Of a stretch of DNA of 64,000 nucleotides, positions 45,266 through 54,488 are shown piece by piece. The translations under genes were made by a program, and so were the position numbers. The stretch is taken from IMG/VR virus record IMGVR_UViG_2507262055_000001; one strand, 5' to 3'. Origin of the DNA: a virus. Its lineage: Duplodnaviria > Caudoviricetes. A model generated the notes under the pieces. The model had not been told where the DNA came from, searched no databases, and saw only the letters and a program-made list of their open reading frames with translations. Position 1 is the first letter of the stretch; each line of letters begins with the position of its first letter.

Positions 45266-45802
45266 TCAAAATTCGGGGACTCTTAAGGTTGGGCCACACA
45301 GAAGCCCCATCAGCATAATAAGTATCTGTACTGTCATCAGAAAGAGGTCTCTATTATTCGTTGGGGCACTAACCGGAGGCCCCCCGGCCAAAAACGCTTC
45401 AAAGGGTGTTGCCCCTCCATGGAGGACACCATCAATTTCGAGGCGAGCGATAGATTTGAGCGATCGCATGTGGTCAGAAATAGGGGGCTTATCGAAAGTC
45501 AGGGGTTCCGGACGGTGTGCAAACTCGTTCCGGATATCCCTAATGCGATCGAGGTCCCATCTTACATCGGCACTATAGAGCTGCAACAGATAGCCAAGAG
45601 TTATGTTGCGGGCGAAGGCCGTATCAACGAACACGCGGGCTGCTTTTTCATCCGATGATAGTACTCGCTTAAGCGCATGCTTCAACCCGTCTTCAATGAA
45701 CGAGCCGGCCATGATGGCTAGCGCTCGATCGGAGTGCTTTCCGTTTTCAAGGTCTTCGATGATCTCGCGATCACGATCATCTCTAATGAACCATTGCGGC
45801 AT
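45266..45802 (-). CDS. MtlR-like / HEPN-fold protein
   Basis: SDRALAIMAGSFIEDGL...DLDRIRDIRNEFAH (RxxxxH). Confidence 0.7.
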   Translation of the reverse strand: MPQWFIRDDRDREIIEDLENGKHSDRALAIMAGSFIEDGLKHALKRVLSSDEKAARVFVDTAFARNITLGYLLQLYSADVRWDLDRIRDIRNEFAHRPEPLTFDKPPISDHMRSLKSIARLEIDGVLHGGATPFEAFLAGGPPVSAPTNNRDLFLMTVQILIMLMGLLCGPTLRVPEF

Positions 45803-46089
45803 GCATTACCTTCTTTCGTTTCCGGAAGGAATTGGGGAGGGCGTCAGAACTTCTTCAGCAGCCGAGCGGCTTCCTCTGCCTTCAGACAAGTAATAGACGA
45901 CTTCACGTGCGAGGCGGCGGCCAATTAGCTGCACGATCGTGCATTTTTACCCGCGATCTGGACCGGTCGGTACCGGTAGAGGATTGGTGTCCTCGAGACC
46001 GCGGGCTCACCGCTCGGCCGCCTTGGATAGAGGCATGAGATTCCGGTTAGTGCCGGCTCACCCGGTAAGGTTCAGAGGAAGTCCCGAAA

Positions 46090-46214
46090 ATGAGGTCAAT
46101 CGTCACGGTGGCATGCCCGCCTCGGATACGGCGCTGACGACGCTTGAGTTGGTGAAGCTTCAGCTCGGGCATCAACGGTGCCGACTGCAACAACGACGAG
46201 GTACTGCAGCAAAG
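46090..46214 (+). pseudogene. Frameshifted duplicate of the 5' end of the head-tail connector gene
   Basis: ATGAGGTCAATCGTCACGGTGGCA...GCGCTGACGACGCTTGAG...GTGAAGCTT aligns with 47170 onward (MRSIVTVA...TALTTLE.VKL.LG), with two indels. Confidence 0.8.
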
Positions 46215-46233
46215 AGAGAGGCATGACAAAATG

Positions 46234-46257
46234 AGAGACCGCCCGAAGGCGGTCTCT
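46234..46257 (-). terminator. Terminator for the antisense PEP-CTERM gene (UUCG tetraloop on the minus strand)
   Basis: AGAGACCGCC-CGAA-GGCGGTCTCT; CATTTTGT follows on the minus strand. Confidence 0.7.
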
Positions 46258-46277
46258 GTACTCTTCTATGATGGCGA

Positions 46278-47015
46278 TCAGGCGGCGTCGAGCGCGGTTG
46301 ATCGATTGCGGCGGCGATAAGCCATGAAGCCAACGCCGGAGAAACCGAGGATCATCATCGCCCAGGTTGAGGGCTCAGGCACTCCGCCGATCGTACCCGA
46401 TGTGTCGCTGGTCACTTCAGCGTAGAGATCGGCGGTTGCTGTCAGGCCTTCGCGAACGTGAAGTTGGGAGCCACTCGAGGCCAGAAAGCCATCGCCTACA
46501 ACGTTTTCGAAGCCGACCAATTTGACCGTGTAGTTGGTGCCGCCGACATTGAAGATAGTCGGAGTGAAGGTCGAAGGAAGGTTGACGTAATCTGCATCAG
46601 CGTCGGGATCAACGTTGCCATTTGTAGTGATCACCAAGCCCAGGCTGAAAATAGTCTGGATCAAGCCGAGCGCCGGATTCGTGAAGTTGGTGGCCAAGTT
46701 AAAATCGATCGAGTTCGGAGTGGTCCCGACCGCGGTCGTCCCATTGAAATAGGTCAGCGTTCCTACTTTAAATGGCGTCTCGAAAGCGCTTGAGAACCCG
46801 ACACCTGCAAACGTCAGGGAATTGGGCCCGGTGCCGAAACCAGCGCTGTCGCCGTAAGTGAAGGCGTTTGTACCGACGCCCGTGACCGTCGCACCGCCGG
46901 GCTGGGGGTTAACGAAGCTCGCATCAGCAGATCCGATAACGTCGGCAGCGAACGTTGGGACGGCGCTGATTGCGGTGAGGAGAGCGGCGAGACCAAGTGA
47001 TTTTAATTGATGCAC
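46278..47015 (-). CDS. PEPxxWA-CTERM exosortase substrate (choice-of-anchor K-like domain)
   Basis: Signal peptide ...[13 protein letters not shown]; [25 protein letters not shown]; GTG start chosen from GGGAG SD spacing. Confidence 0.92.
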   Translation of the reverse strand: MHQLKSLGLAALLTAISAVPTFAADVIGSADASFVNPQPGGATVTGVGTNAFTYGDSAGFGTGPNSLTFAGVGFSSAFETPFKVGTLTYFNGTTAVGTTPNSIDFNLATNFTNPALGLIQTIFSLGLVITTNGNVDPDADADYVNLPSTFTPTIFNVGGTNYTVKLVGFENVVGDGFLASSGSQLHVREGLTATADLYAEVTSDTSGTIGGVPEPSTWAMMILGFSGVGFMAYRRRNRSTALDAA

Positions 47016-47169
47016 TTTCAAACTCCCAATTTAAATTAACAATAGTTAATTCTTTACCCGCCACGCCCGCGCGTCAATACGCTTTCCGCCTCTCCTGGAT
47101 GGAATTCAGAGTGACCAAGCTCACACGCCTTCCCGTCGCCATTCACTGCTTTGCCGCCCCGGAGCCCGC

Positions 47170-47811
47170 ATGAGATCGATCGTTACGGTTGCCAGTCCAG
47201 CTTCGGACACGGCGTTGACAACGCTGGAGCGGGTGAAGCTCGAGCTCGGCATCCCGGATTCCAATACCGCCAGCAACGAGGTCCTGCAGGAGAAGATCGA
47301 CGAGGCCTCGGATGATATCGAGGCCGCTCTCGGCTTCCGCCTGGTGCGGGAGACCGCGGTGGAGACCTTCTGGCACGAGCAATATGACAGCGCGCCGGAG
47401 AAGCTCGTCCTGGACCGGACGCCGGTGGCTTCGATCACGAGCGTGGTGGTCGATGGGGTCGCGATCGACGCCTCGACCTGGCGGCTCGATCCGAACACGG
47501 GTGAGCTGTTTGCGCTCTGCAACGGCTATCCGAGCGTCTGGTTGTTCTTGCAGAGCATCGTCGTGAGCTATGGTGGTGGGTATATCCTGCCGCCGGCGAG
47601 CAACCGGACTTTGCCGAAGGGGATCGAGGGTGCGTGCGTGGCGCTGGTGTCGAGCTTCTGGGCGGCGCGTGGGCGGGATCCGACGCTGCGGTCCGAAGAG
47701 ATTCCGGATCTGATCAGCGCGACGTACTGGGTCGGGGCCGTCGGCGAAGATGGCGAGCTGCCGCCCGACATCGTCGCCAAGCTGGCGCCGTTCCGCAGGG
47801 CGATCGCATGA
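47170..47811 (+). CDS. Head-tail connector (gp6-like adaptor)
   Basis: LTTLERVKLELG...IDEASDDIE, LDRTPVASITSV, VSYGGGY...IEGACVALV. Confidence 0.85.
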   Translation: MRSIVTVASPASDTALTTLERVKLELGIPDSNTASNEVLQEKIDEASDDIEAALGFRLVRETAVETFWHEQYDSAPEKLVLDRTPVASITSVVVDGVAIDASTWRLDPNTGELFALCNGYPSVWLFLQSIVVSYGGGYILPPASNRTLPKGIEGACVALVSSFWAARGRDPTLRSEEIPDLISATYWVGAVGEDGELPPDIVAKLAPFRRAIA

Positions 47812-48158
47812 CGCCGGAGATGGCACGGCAGCGCTATGCGATCGCGCTCAGTCGCTTCAGCCAGGTGACGATCCGTCGCTACTACGGCGCGGGCAGCCCG
47901 CGGGCGCACTATGAGAAGGCCTGCCGCGGTCGCGAATTACAGTATTCGCCAAACGAGATCGTCGGGCCGATCCTGCAGGGGGACTGGAAGATCATCCTGC
48001 TGGCTGAAGATCTCGAGAGCGGCGCCGTGAGCCTGCCGCTGTTGTCGACCGACAAGGCGGTCGTGCGCGGCAAGGAGCTGACCATCGCCGGCATCGACGA
48101 CAAGACACGTCGGTTCGGCGACGTGTTGGTGGCCTATGTGTTGCAGGTGAGGGGATGA
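47808..48158 (+). CDS. Head closure/stopper protein
   Basis: Position after the connector; ILQGDWKIILLA...DK..V.GKELTI pattern. Confidence 0.7.
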   Translation: MTPEMARQRYAIALSRFSQVTIRRYYGAGSPRAHYEKACRGRELQYSPNEIVGPILQGDWKIILLAEDLESGAVSLPLLSTDKAVVRGKELTIAGIDDKTRRFGDVLVAYVLQVRG

Positions 48159-48613
48159 GCACCACCGAAGCCCAGGCCCGCGCCGCGGTCCGTGCGCAGC
48201 TGCCCGGAAGCGCCTTCGCGTTCCCGATCTATTGGCAGGGTGATGACGCACCGACCTTGCCGGACACGCCGGCGGCGTTCGCGTTCGTGGTGTTCAACAA
48301 TGAGGGCTCCGGCGGGCGGCCGGCAGCGTTCGGCGGCGGCCGCGGCCGCAATCTGTTTCGCAACCGCGCCCTGGTCGAGGCCTACGTGTTCTCGCCGATC
48401 GGCGCGGAGACCGGCGCCGATGCCGCCTCAGGCCGGGCCGAGCTGATCGCGGCGCGGCTGCGCGGCTTCCGTGACAACGATATCAGCGTGTTCAGCGCCG
48501 ACGTGATCTTCATCGGACCGGGGTCATCGATCTCGGTGCCGGGCGTGACGGCGCCGAACAGCTATCAGTGCGCGGTCGCCGAGATCGTGCTCACGTTCGA
48601 CCAGATCGGCTAG
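48155..48613 (+). CDS. Tail terminator protein
   Basis: Position before the tail tube; beta-rich, ends EIVLTFDQIG. Confidence 0.65.
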   Translation: MSTTEAQARAAVRAQLPGSAFAFPIYWQGDDAPTLPDTPAAFAFVVFNNEGSGGRPAAFGGGRGRNLFRNRALVEAYVFSPIGAETGADAASGRAELIAARLRGFRDNDISVFSADVIFIGPGSSISVPGVTAPNSYQCAVAEIVLTFDQIG

Positions 48614-48668
48614 AGCCGCAACCGCACCGTCGAGACGACGGCGCACTCCATCTCGAAAGGACCATGCC

Positions 48669-49919
48669 ATGCCCTTGGCCGAAGGCGTATCAGCCAGTAT
48701 CCGCTACAAAGCCTATTCGACCGGCGTCATCACGTCGAACGTCGAGCCGGTGCCGGCGGTGGACCCTGCCGTCACAGGCGGCCAGATTCTGCGGCGCGTC
48801 TCGTCGTCGCTGAAGCTTGGCAAGGATACCTATCAGTCGAACGAGATCCGGACCGATCGGCAGATTGCCGATTTCCGGCACGGCAAGCGCAGCGTCTCGG
48901 GATCGATTACGGGCGAGCTCTCGCCGGCGACATGGTTCGACTTCATCGAGGCGTCGTGCCGCGGCACGAAGTCGGCTGCGTTGATCGCGCTGGGGCCGTC
49001 GGCGCTGACCAGCATCGCCGCCGACAATGCGACCAGCAAGTTCATCGCCGCCGGCGGCGACCCCGTGGCACTCGGCTGGCGCATCGGCGACATCCTGCGC
49101 GGGACCAACCTGTCGGACCCCGACAACAATGCGAAGAACTTCATGGTGACCGGCTTTGGTGGCACCAGCAACCGCAATATCTCGGTCTATCCGGCGCCGG
49201 ATACGATGACGGCGGACACGTCGTTTTCGCTGACGAACACGGGCAAATCCATCTTTGTGCCGTCGTCCAGCTTCGTGTCGCGCAAGTTCGGGATCGAGAT
49301 CTACAACTCCGATATCGACGTCTCGCGGCTGTTCACGGAATGCCGCGCGGCGGGGTTCACGCTGAACCTGCCCGCAAGCGGCATGGCAACGATGGAAGTG
49401 CCGTTCATGGGCCGCGACATGGTTGTCGGCTCCGGCGCGTCGGCGCCGTTCTATACGGCGCCCGCGGCCGAGACCACGACCGGCCTGATCGCGGCAGTGA
49501 ACGGCCTGTTGATGGTGTCGGGCGCGGCTGTCGGCGTGGTCACCGGCCTCAACATCAAGATGGATCTGAGTCCGTCGGTCGATGCCGTCGTCGGTCAGAA
49601 CTTCGTGCCTGAGGTCTTCCTCGGACGCGCCAACGTGACCGGCCAGGCCACGGCATTCTTCCAGGACTCGACGCTGATCGGGGACTTCATCAACGAAAGC
49701 GAGGTCTCGATCCTCGCCTATTTGACGACAACCTCGGCGCTGAATTCGCCGGCGATGTCTATCTATTTGCCGCGCGTCAAGTTCGGTGATGCGGACGTCG
49801 CGACCTCGGGCGAGGGCGGCCAGGCCATCACCATGCCGTTCCAGGCATTGAAGGCCGATGGCACGACCGCGGGCGACGAGGCGACCACGATCCGCATCGT
49901 GGACACCCAGGCGACCTGA
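48669..49919 (+). CDS. Major tail tube protein
   Basis: RRVSSSLKL.KDTYQSNEIR.DRQ..DFRHG.RSV.G.I.GELS, GRANVTGQATAFF, IYLPRVK pattern. Confidence 0.85.
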   Translation: MPLAEGVSASIRYKAYSTGVITSNVEPVPAVDPAVTGGQILRRVSSSLKLGKDTYQSNEIRTDRQIADFRHGKRSVSGSITGELSPATWFDFIEASCRGTKSAALIALGPSALTSIAADNATSKFIAAGGDPVALGWRIGDILRGTNLSDPDNNAKNFMVTGFGGTSNRNISVYPAPDTMTADTSFSLTNTGKSIFVPSSSFVSRKFGIEIYNSDIDVSRLFTECRAAGFTLNLPASGMATMEVPFMGRDMVVGSGASAPFYTAPAAETTTGLIAAVNGLLMVSGAAVGVVTGLNIKMDLSPSVDAVVGQNFVPEVFLGRANVTGQATAFFQDSTLIGDFINESEVSILAYLTTTSALNSPAMSIYLPRVKFGDADVATSGEGGQAITMPFQALKADGTTAGDEATTIRIVDTQAT

Positions 49920-50059
49920 CACACATCCACAGTTCCCCGCCGCACACGGGGATCCTCGCACGGGCTGGCCGCAGTGATGCGCCCTGACCGGGCGGTGACG
50001 TCACCGAGCGGCCTCGCTGGCGGGCGAGGCCGTTCACCCTTCCGCCAAAGGAAATCAGC

Positions 50060-50533
50060 ATGAGCAAGTTCGGCAATCTCGCCGCGAACACGTCCGAGGT
50101 ATTCAAGGTCGAAATCATCGACGCCACCACCGATGAGGTGCTGCGCGACAAGGAGGGCAAGGCCTCTTACATCGAGGTGCTCGCCGCCGACAGCGTCGAG
50201 GGCAGGGCCTTCGATCGCGATCGCCAGCAGGTGTTCCGCAAGAAGGCCGCGCGCACCCGCGGCGGCATGCCGGACTTTGATCAGCTCGAGGAGAACGTCG
50301 CCAAGTGTGCGGCGCTCACCAAGGGCTGGTACCTAGTCGATCCCGTCACGCGCGAAAAGATCGATGTCGACTGCACCCGCGCCAACGCGCTGGAGCTGTA
50401 TTCGGCGCCGGGCATGCACTGGCTGTTCATCCAGCCGTGGGTTGCACTCAATGATGCTGCAAATTTTATTCGGAGCTCGTCGAGGAACTCTACGCCTTCG
50501 CCGAGCACGAATTCCGCAACCAGAGAAAGCTGA
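50060..50533 (+). CDS. Tail assembly chaperone (gpG-like)
   Basis: Between tail tube and tape measure; slippery site near the 3' end. Confidence 0.8.
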   Translation: MSKFGNLAANTSEVFKVEIIDATTDEVLRDKEGKASYIEVLAADSVEGRAFDRDRQQVFRKKAARTRGGMPDFDQLEENVAKCAALTKGWYLVDPVTREKIDVDCTRANALELYSAPGMHWLFIQPWVALNDAANFIRSSSRNSTPSPSTNSATRES

Positions 50534-50877
50534 GCGACTGCGCGACAGTCGGCGATCACGCCGAGTCGGCGGCGCGCCAGTTCGCCGCCCTCGGCAAGAA
50601 GGTCAAGGTTGCCGCGATCGACGATGCCGCCGAATGCCCGGAGGCGCTGGCGTATCTCTGGCGCTTCTTCGCCGAACTGTCGATGGGGCTGGCGTCGAAC
50701 GGCTTTGGGCCGGCGCTGGTGACATGGGAAGCATTGCGGGCATGGTCCGAGTTCATGGCTGTCAGCCTGGAGCCTTGGGAGGCGAAGGTGCTGGTCACTC
50801 TTGGATACCGGCGGGCCGTGATCGCCGACGAAGAGCAGGCAAAAAAGGCGCAGCGTGGCGGTCAGAACAAGAATTGA
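50461..50877 (+). CDS. gpT-like extension reached by -1 frameshift (gpGT, ~272 aa)
   Basis: Heptamer A AAT TTT (50461-50467) in the G frame; -1 frame open to TGA 50875-50877 (YSELVEEL...LWRFF...WEALRAWS...EPWEAKVL). Confidence 0.8.
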   Translation, partial: KFYSELVEELYAFAEHEFRNQRKLSDCATVGDHAESAARQFAALGKKVKVAAIDDAAECPEALAYLWRFFAELSMGLASNGFGPALVTWEALRAWSEFMAVSLEPWEAKVLVTLGYRRAVIADEEQAKKAQRGGQNKN

Positions 50878-51565
50878 TTCCATCGCAACCGACATCAACC
50901 TCATCGTCAGCCGCGATCTTTCGCCGACAGGCCAGAGCCGCGCGATCGCCGACTACGCGCGGACTGAAATTGCCCGCGCCGACGACAAGAACAAGCGCAT
51001 CTTGGGCCGCGTCCCGCCCAGGGTGATCACGGTCGACGGGCGCAAGGGCGGCCAGCTTGAGGATGTCCGGCCGAATGGCGGGTCGATCATTACCGAGTGG
51101 GAAATCGTCAGCGACGTCCTGGTATGGATCGGCGATACGCTAAGGGATCGCTCGCCATTTGTCTCCGGCGATTTCCGTGAGGGATGGATGCTGCTGGCCG
51201 ACGGTCAGGTTGTCGAGTTGGGCGGACAGATCCCGCCGGCGGACGTGTACACCTTCGTCAACGTCGTGCCGTATGCGCGGAAGATCGAGGTGGGCAAGAC
51301 GACTTCGGGGCGCGACTTCGTCGTTCAGGTCCCGAACAGAATTGCCGAGCGCACGGCCAAGGATGCAACGGCGAGGTTCGGCAATATTGCCAAGATCAGG
51401 TCGGTCTGGATATCGCTTGCCAATCCATACACTCTGAAGAACGACCAGGTCTCACGCTCGTTCGCCGGCGGCAAGATCCGCATCAGTAAGCGGCAGCGCC
51501 CCGATCGCGTCCGGGGCAGTGCGATCACCTATCCCGCCATCACTGTCACCCTGAAGGCTGCATAA
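50855..51565 (+). CDS. Tail completion protein (HK97 gp10-like)
   Basis: RSPFVSGDFREGW, FVNVVPYARKIEVG pattern. Confidence 0.7.
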   Translation: MAVRTRIDSIATDINLIVSRDLSPTGQSRAIADYARTEIARADDKNKRILGRVPPRVITVDGRKGGQLEDVRPNGGSIITEWEIVSDVLVWIGDTLRDRSPFVSGDFREGWMLLADGQVVELGGQIPPADVYTFVNVVPYARKIEVGKTTSGRDFVVQVPNRIAERTAKDATARFGNIAKIRSVWISLANPYTLKNDQVSRSFAGGKIRISKRQRPDRVRGSAITYPAITVTLKAA

Positions 51566-54132
51566 TGGCTGATGTGCAAGAGGCCGTCCGGCGTTTGTCA
51601 ATCCAGACGACTGAGACCGGTACGGCCGACGCAACAAAAAAACTGAACGACCTTGCCAAGGCGCAAGGCGGCGTTGCCGTGGCATCTGCGAACACCGAGA
51701 AGGCGACGCTGTCGCTCGACAAGAGCTTTACCTCGATCGAGCGCAAGTATGTCGCAGGGGTTCGCGCCCAGCAGGACTATGAGAAGATCCAACGTCAGGT
51801 AAATGCGGCAGTATCGCAGAACCCCGCGCTGCAGGAGCGGGCGAACGTCGTCCTGGCAGCTGCACGTGAGCGGCATGACCAGCTTGCTGGCTCGCAGCGG
51901 GCGTTGAGCGTGATCGCGTCCGACCTTAACGGCAGGGTGCAGGCACAGGCAGGTTCGTTCGGCGTGGTGGGGCAGGCCCTGACGGCGTTAGGTCCGGCGG
52001 GCCTCGCGACGGCGGCTACCCTTGGCAGTTTGGCTGCGGCATTCTATCTTGCGTCTGCGGGGGCACATGAACTCGCGGCGAAGGCTCGTGAGCTAAAGGA
52101 TTTCAGTGAAGCGACAGGCCTGACGGTCAACCAGGTGCAGGCGCTACGCTCGGAGGCAACCAAGTTCGGGGTCGACTCTGATACGCTGCAGGCGGGCCTG
52201 CAGAAGTTCACGACGGGGTTTCAGGAGCTCCGGCTGGGTACCGGGGATCTGCTGACGCAGGTTCGGCGCATCAATCCTGCTCTCGCCGATCAGATGGCGC
52301 TCGCAACCGATACCGCTACGGCTTTTACGCTGTACGGCCAGGCGGTCGCCCAGACAACCAACATCTTCGAGCGAAACGCGCTGGCACGGGCGGGCCTCGG
52401 CAAGGGCGGCCCGACGGTTGCTGAATTTCTCGGCAAGGTTGGCGACGTCAAGGCGTTGGCTGATGCCTACGAAGCGGCCGGCAAGGGCCTGCAGAGGAAC
52501 ATGATCGACAAAGTGTCGGAGCTGGATCTGCAGATTGCCAAGACGACCGGCAAAGCCAGGGAAAATTTCTCGTCGATCTTCGCAGAGCCGGTGCTGCAGG
52601 CCGAGCTGACGTTTGCAAAGGCCTTCCTCAGCGTCTCGGAGATCGCGAAGAACTTCTCAATGTCGGAGGACTTGAAGCGGTATTTACAGACGTATCTGCG
52701 GATCGCAACAGCGCCGATTCCGGTCGTTGGCCTCGCGGTCTCGGCCGGACTTGGTCTGGCCGGTTCGGGCGGCGGACGTCCGAGCACGTCGATCGACGAT
52801 GCTCACCGGCAGGCATCGATGGCCGAGGCGCTTGCCATTTCGGATGCCGTTCCCCGGACGCGACCTTCATCCGGAGGCAGCACCGAAACGCCGGAGTCGC
52901 TGGCGGCCAAATGGCGGAACTACGTGTCAGTGCTGGGTACCGCGGCTACGCCGAGCGAACGGCTCAATGCCGCGATCTCGGAGCTGGGGGTCAAGGCGAA
53001 AGAGGCGGGCGTCGATGCAGACGTGTTGGCGCGTGGAATCGCAGGACTGAAGCTGGACGACGCGATTGCGCGCCAGAGCGCACACAATTCCGCGCTGGGC
53101 GCTGCCGCATCTCAGGCTGATCTTCTCCGGGCAAAGACGTTGGAGCTTGTCAAGGCCCAACAACAGGGAGCCGGCCTTACCGATCAGCAGATTGCAAAGA
53201 TCAAGGAAGTGACCGCGGCGCAGGCGCTCGGAACCTACCAGATCGATGCTGCAACTGCCGCGGAAGAGCTTCGCATCAAAACGCTGTTGATGGGCTCGGA
53301 AGCGGCGTTGTCCTACGCGACCTCGCAGGACATCATCAACAAGAAACTGCAGGCGGGCGAGCCGCTCAATGAAGACCAGATCAAGCAGATCAGGGCTTCA
53401 GCCGATGCCTATGCGAAGGTCAAGACGCAGGCCGACCTCTATAGCGAGGCGCTCAATGGCATAGCCTCGTCGATGTCCAGTACGCTGACAACCGGGATCA
53501 CCGACATTCTGGATGGGACCAAGTCAATAGGGCAGGGCTTCCAGGACATGAGCAAGATGATCGTTCGCGCCATCGAGGAGGCGATCGTTAAGCTCCTGAT
53601 CGTCGGTCCGCTCATCAATGCGCTAAAGGGAAGCCTTGGCGCGGGCGGCGGCTTCGATCTCTCCAGCTTGTTTGGGGGCGGCGCGGGATCGATCAATGCG
53701 AACGGCTCGATCGCGGGCGCCGTCGGGGCAACATCGGTCGGCGGCGCGCCGCTGGTTGGCCTGCACAGTGGCGGCATCGTGGGCGCGGAGGCGACGTTCC
53801 ACCGCTACGTCCATCCGGCTCATTTCAATGACGCCATGCGCTACCATACCGGCGGCATCGCCGGCGACGAGGTCCCGATCATCGCCAAGCGCGGCGAGGG
53901 CGTGTTCACGCAAGGGCAGATGGCTGCCATGGGCGGCGCGTCTTCGCCGAAGGTCAGCGTGACCGTGAACAACTTCGGAAGTGAGCAGGCGACGGTGAAC
54001 CGGAAGCAGAGCGCCAACGGCGATATCGATTTCGAGGTGATCATCGGGGCAGCCGCGGCCAAGCAGGCCGGTAACCCCGGCTCGTCTCTCAGCCGCGTGC
54101 TTGATCAGCGCGGCAGATTGGCGTCGCGCTGA
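51565..54132 (+). CDS. Tape measure protein
   Basis: 855 aa, Ala-rich helical; C-terminal LHSGGIVG...HTGG...DEVPIIAKRGEGVFT. Confidence 0.92.
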   Translation: MADVQEAVRRLSIQTTETGTADATKKLNDLAKAQGGVAVASANTEKATLSLDKSFTSIERKYVAGVRAQQDYEKIQRQVNAAVSQNPALQERANVVLAAARERHDQLAGSQRALSVIASDLNGRVQAQAGSFGVVGQALTALGPAGLATAATLGSLAAAFYLASAGAHELAAKARELKDFSEATGLTVNQVQALRSEATKFGVDSDTLQAGLQKFTTGFQELRLGTGDLLTQVRRINPALADQMALATDTATAFTLYGQAVAQTTNIFERNALARAGLGKGGPTVAEFLGKVGDVKALADAYEAAGKGLQRNMIDKVSELDLQIAKTTGKARENFSSIFAEPVLQAELTFAKAFLSVSEIAKNFSMSEDLKRYLQTYLRIATAPIPVVGLAVSAGLGLAGSGGGRPSTSIDDAHRQASMAEALAISDAVPRTRPSSGGSTETPESLAAKWRNYVSVLGTAATPSERLNAAISELGVKAKEAGVDADVLARGIAGLKLDDAIARQSAHNSALGAAASQADLLRAKTLELVKAQQQGAGLTDQQIAKIKEVTAAQALGTYQIDAATAAEELRIKTLLMGSEAALSYATSQDIINKKLQAGEPLNEDQIKQIRASADAYAKVKTQADLYSEALNGIASSMSSTLTTGITDILDGTKSIGQGFQDMSKMIVRAIEEAIVKLLIVGPLINALKGSLGAGGGFDLSSLFGGGAGSINANGSIAGAVGATSVGGAPLVGLHSGGIVGAEATFHRYVHPAHFNDAMRYHTGGIAGDEVPIIAKRGEGVFTQGQMAAMGGASSPKVSVTVNNFGSEQATVNRKQSANGDIDFEVIIGAAAAKQAGNPGSSLSRVLDQRGRLASR

Positions 54133-54488
54133 TGGTGGACGCGTGGCCCGGGACGCTGCCACAAGTCGTCTTGGTGGACGGCTTCAGCCAGACTATCGGC
54201 GACGGCCGGATTCGGATGAAGCCAGATGCAGGGCCGGCGCTGGTTCGTCGCCGCTCGAGTGCCATGCCGAAGGCGATGCCGTGCAACATCGATGTCGACG
54301 ACGATCAATGGGATGATCTCATGACGTTCGGAGAGACGACTTTGATCGGCTGGACGCTGCCGTTCACGTTTCCGGATCCCGCGGGCGGCGCTGACCTGCT
54401 CGTGCGGTTTGCCGACAATCTGCCGTCGCGCAGCGAGGTCGTCACCGGCGTATGGCGGGTTGCGCTCGATCTGGAGATTTTGCCTTGA
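54132..54488 (+). CDS. Distal tail protein (gpM-like)
   Basis: AWPGTLP, GPA..RRRSSA, GWTLPFTFPDP; follows the tape measure gene. Confidence 0.75.
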   Translation: MVDAWPGTLPQVVLVDGFSQTIGDGRIRMKPDAGPALVRRRSSAMPKAMPCNIDVDDDQWDDLMTFGETTLIGWTLPFTFPDPAGGADLLVRFADNLPSRSEVVTGVWRVALDLEILP

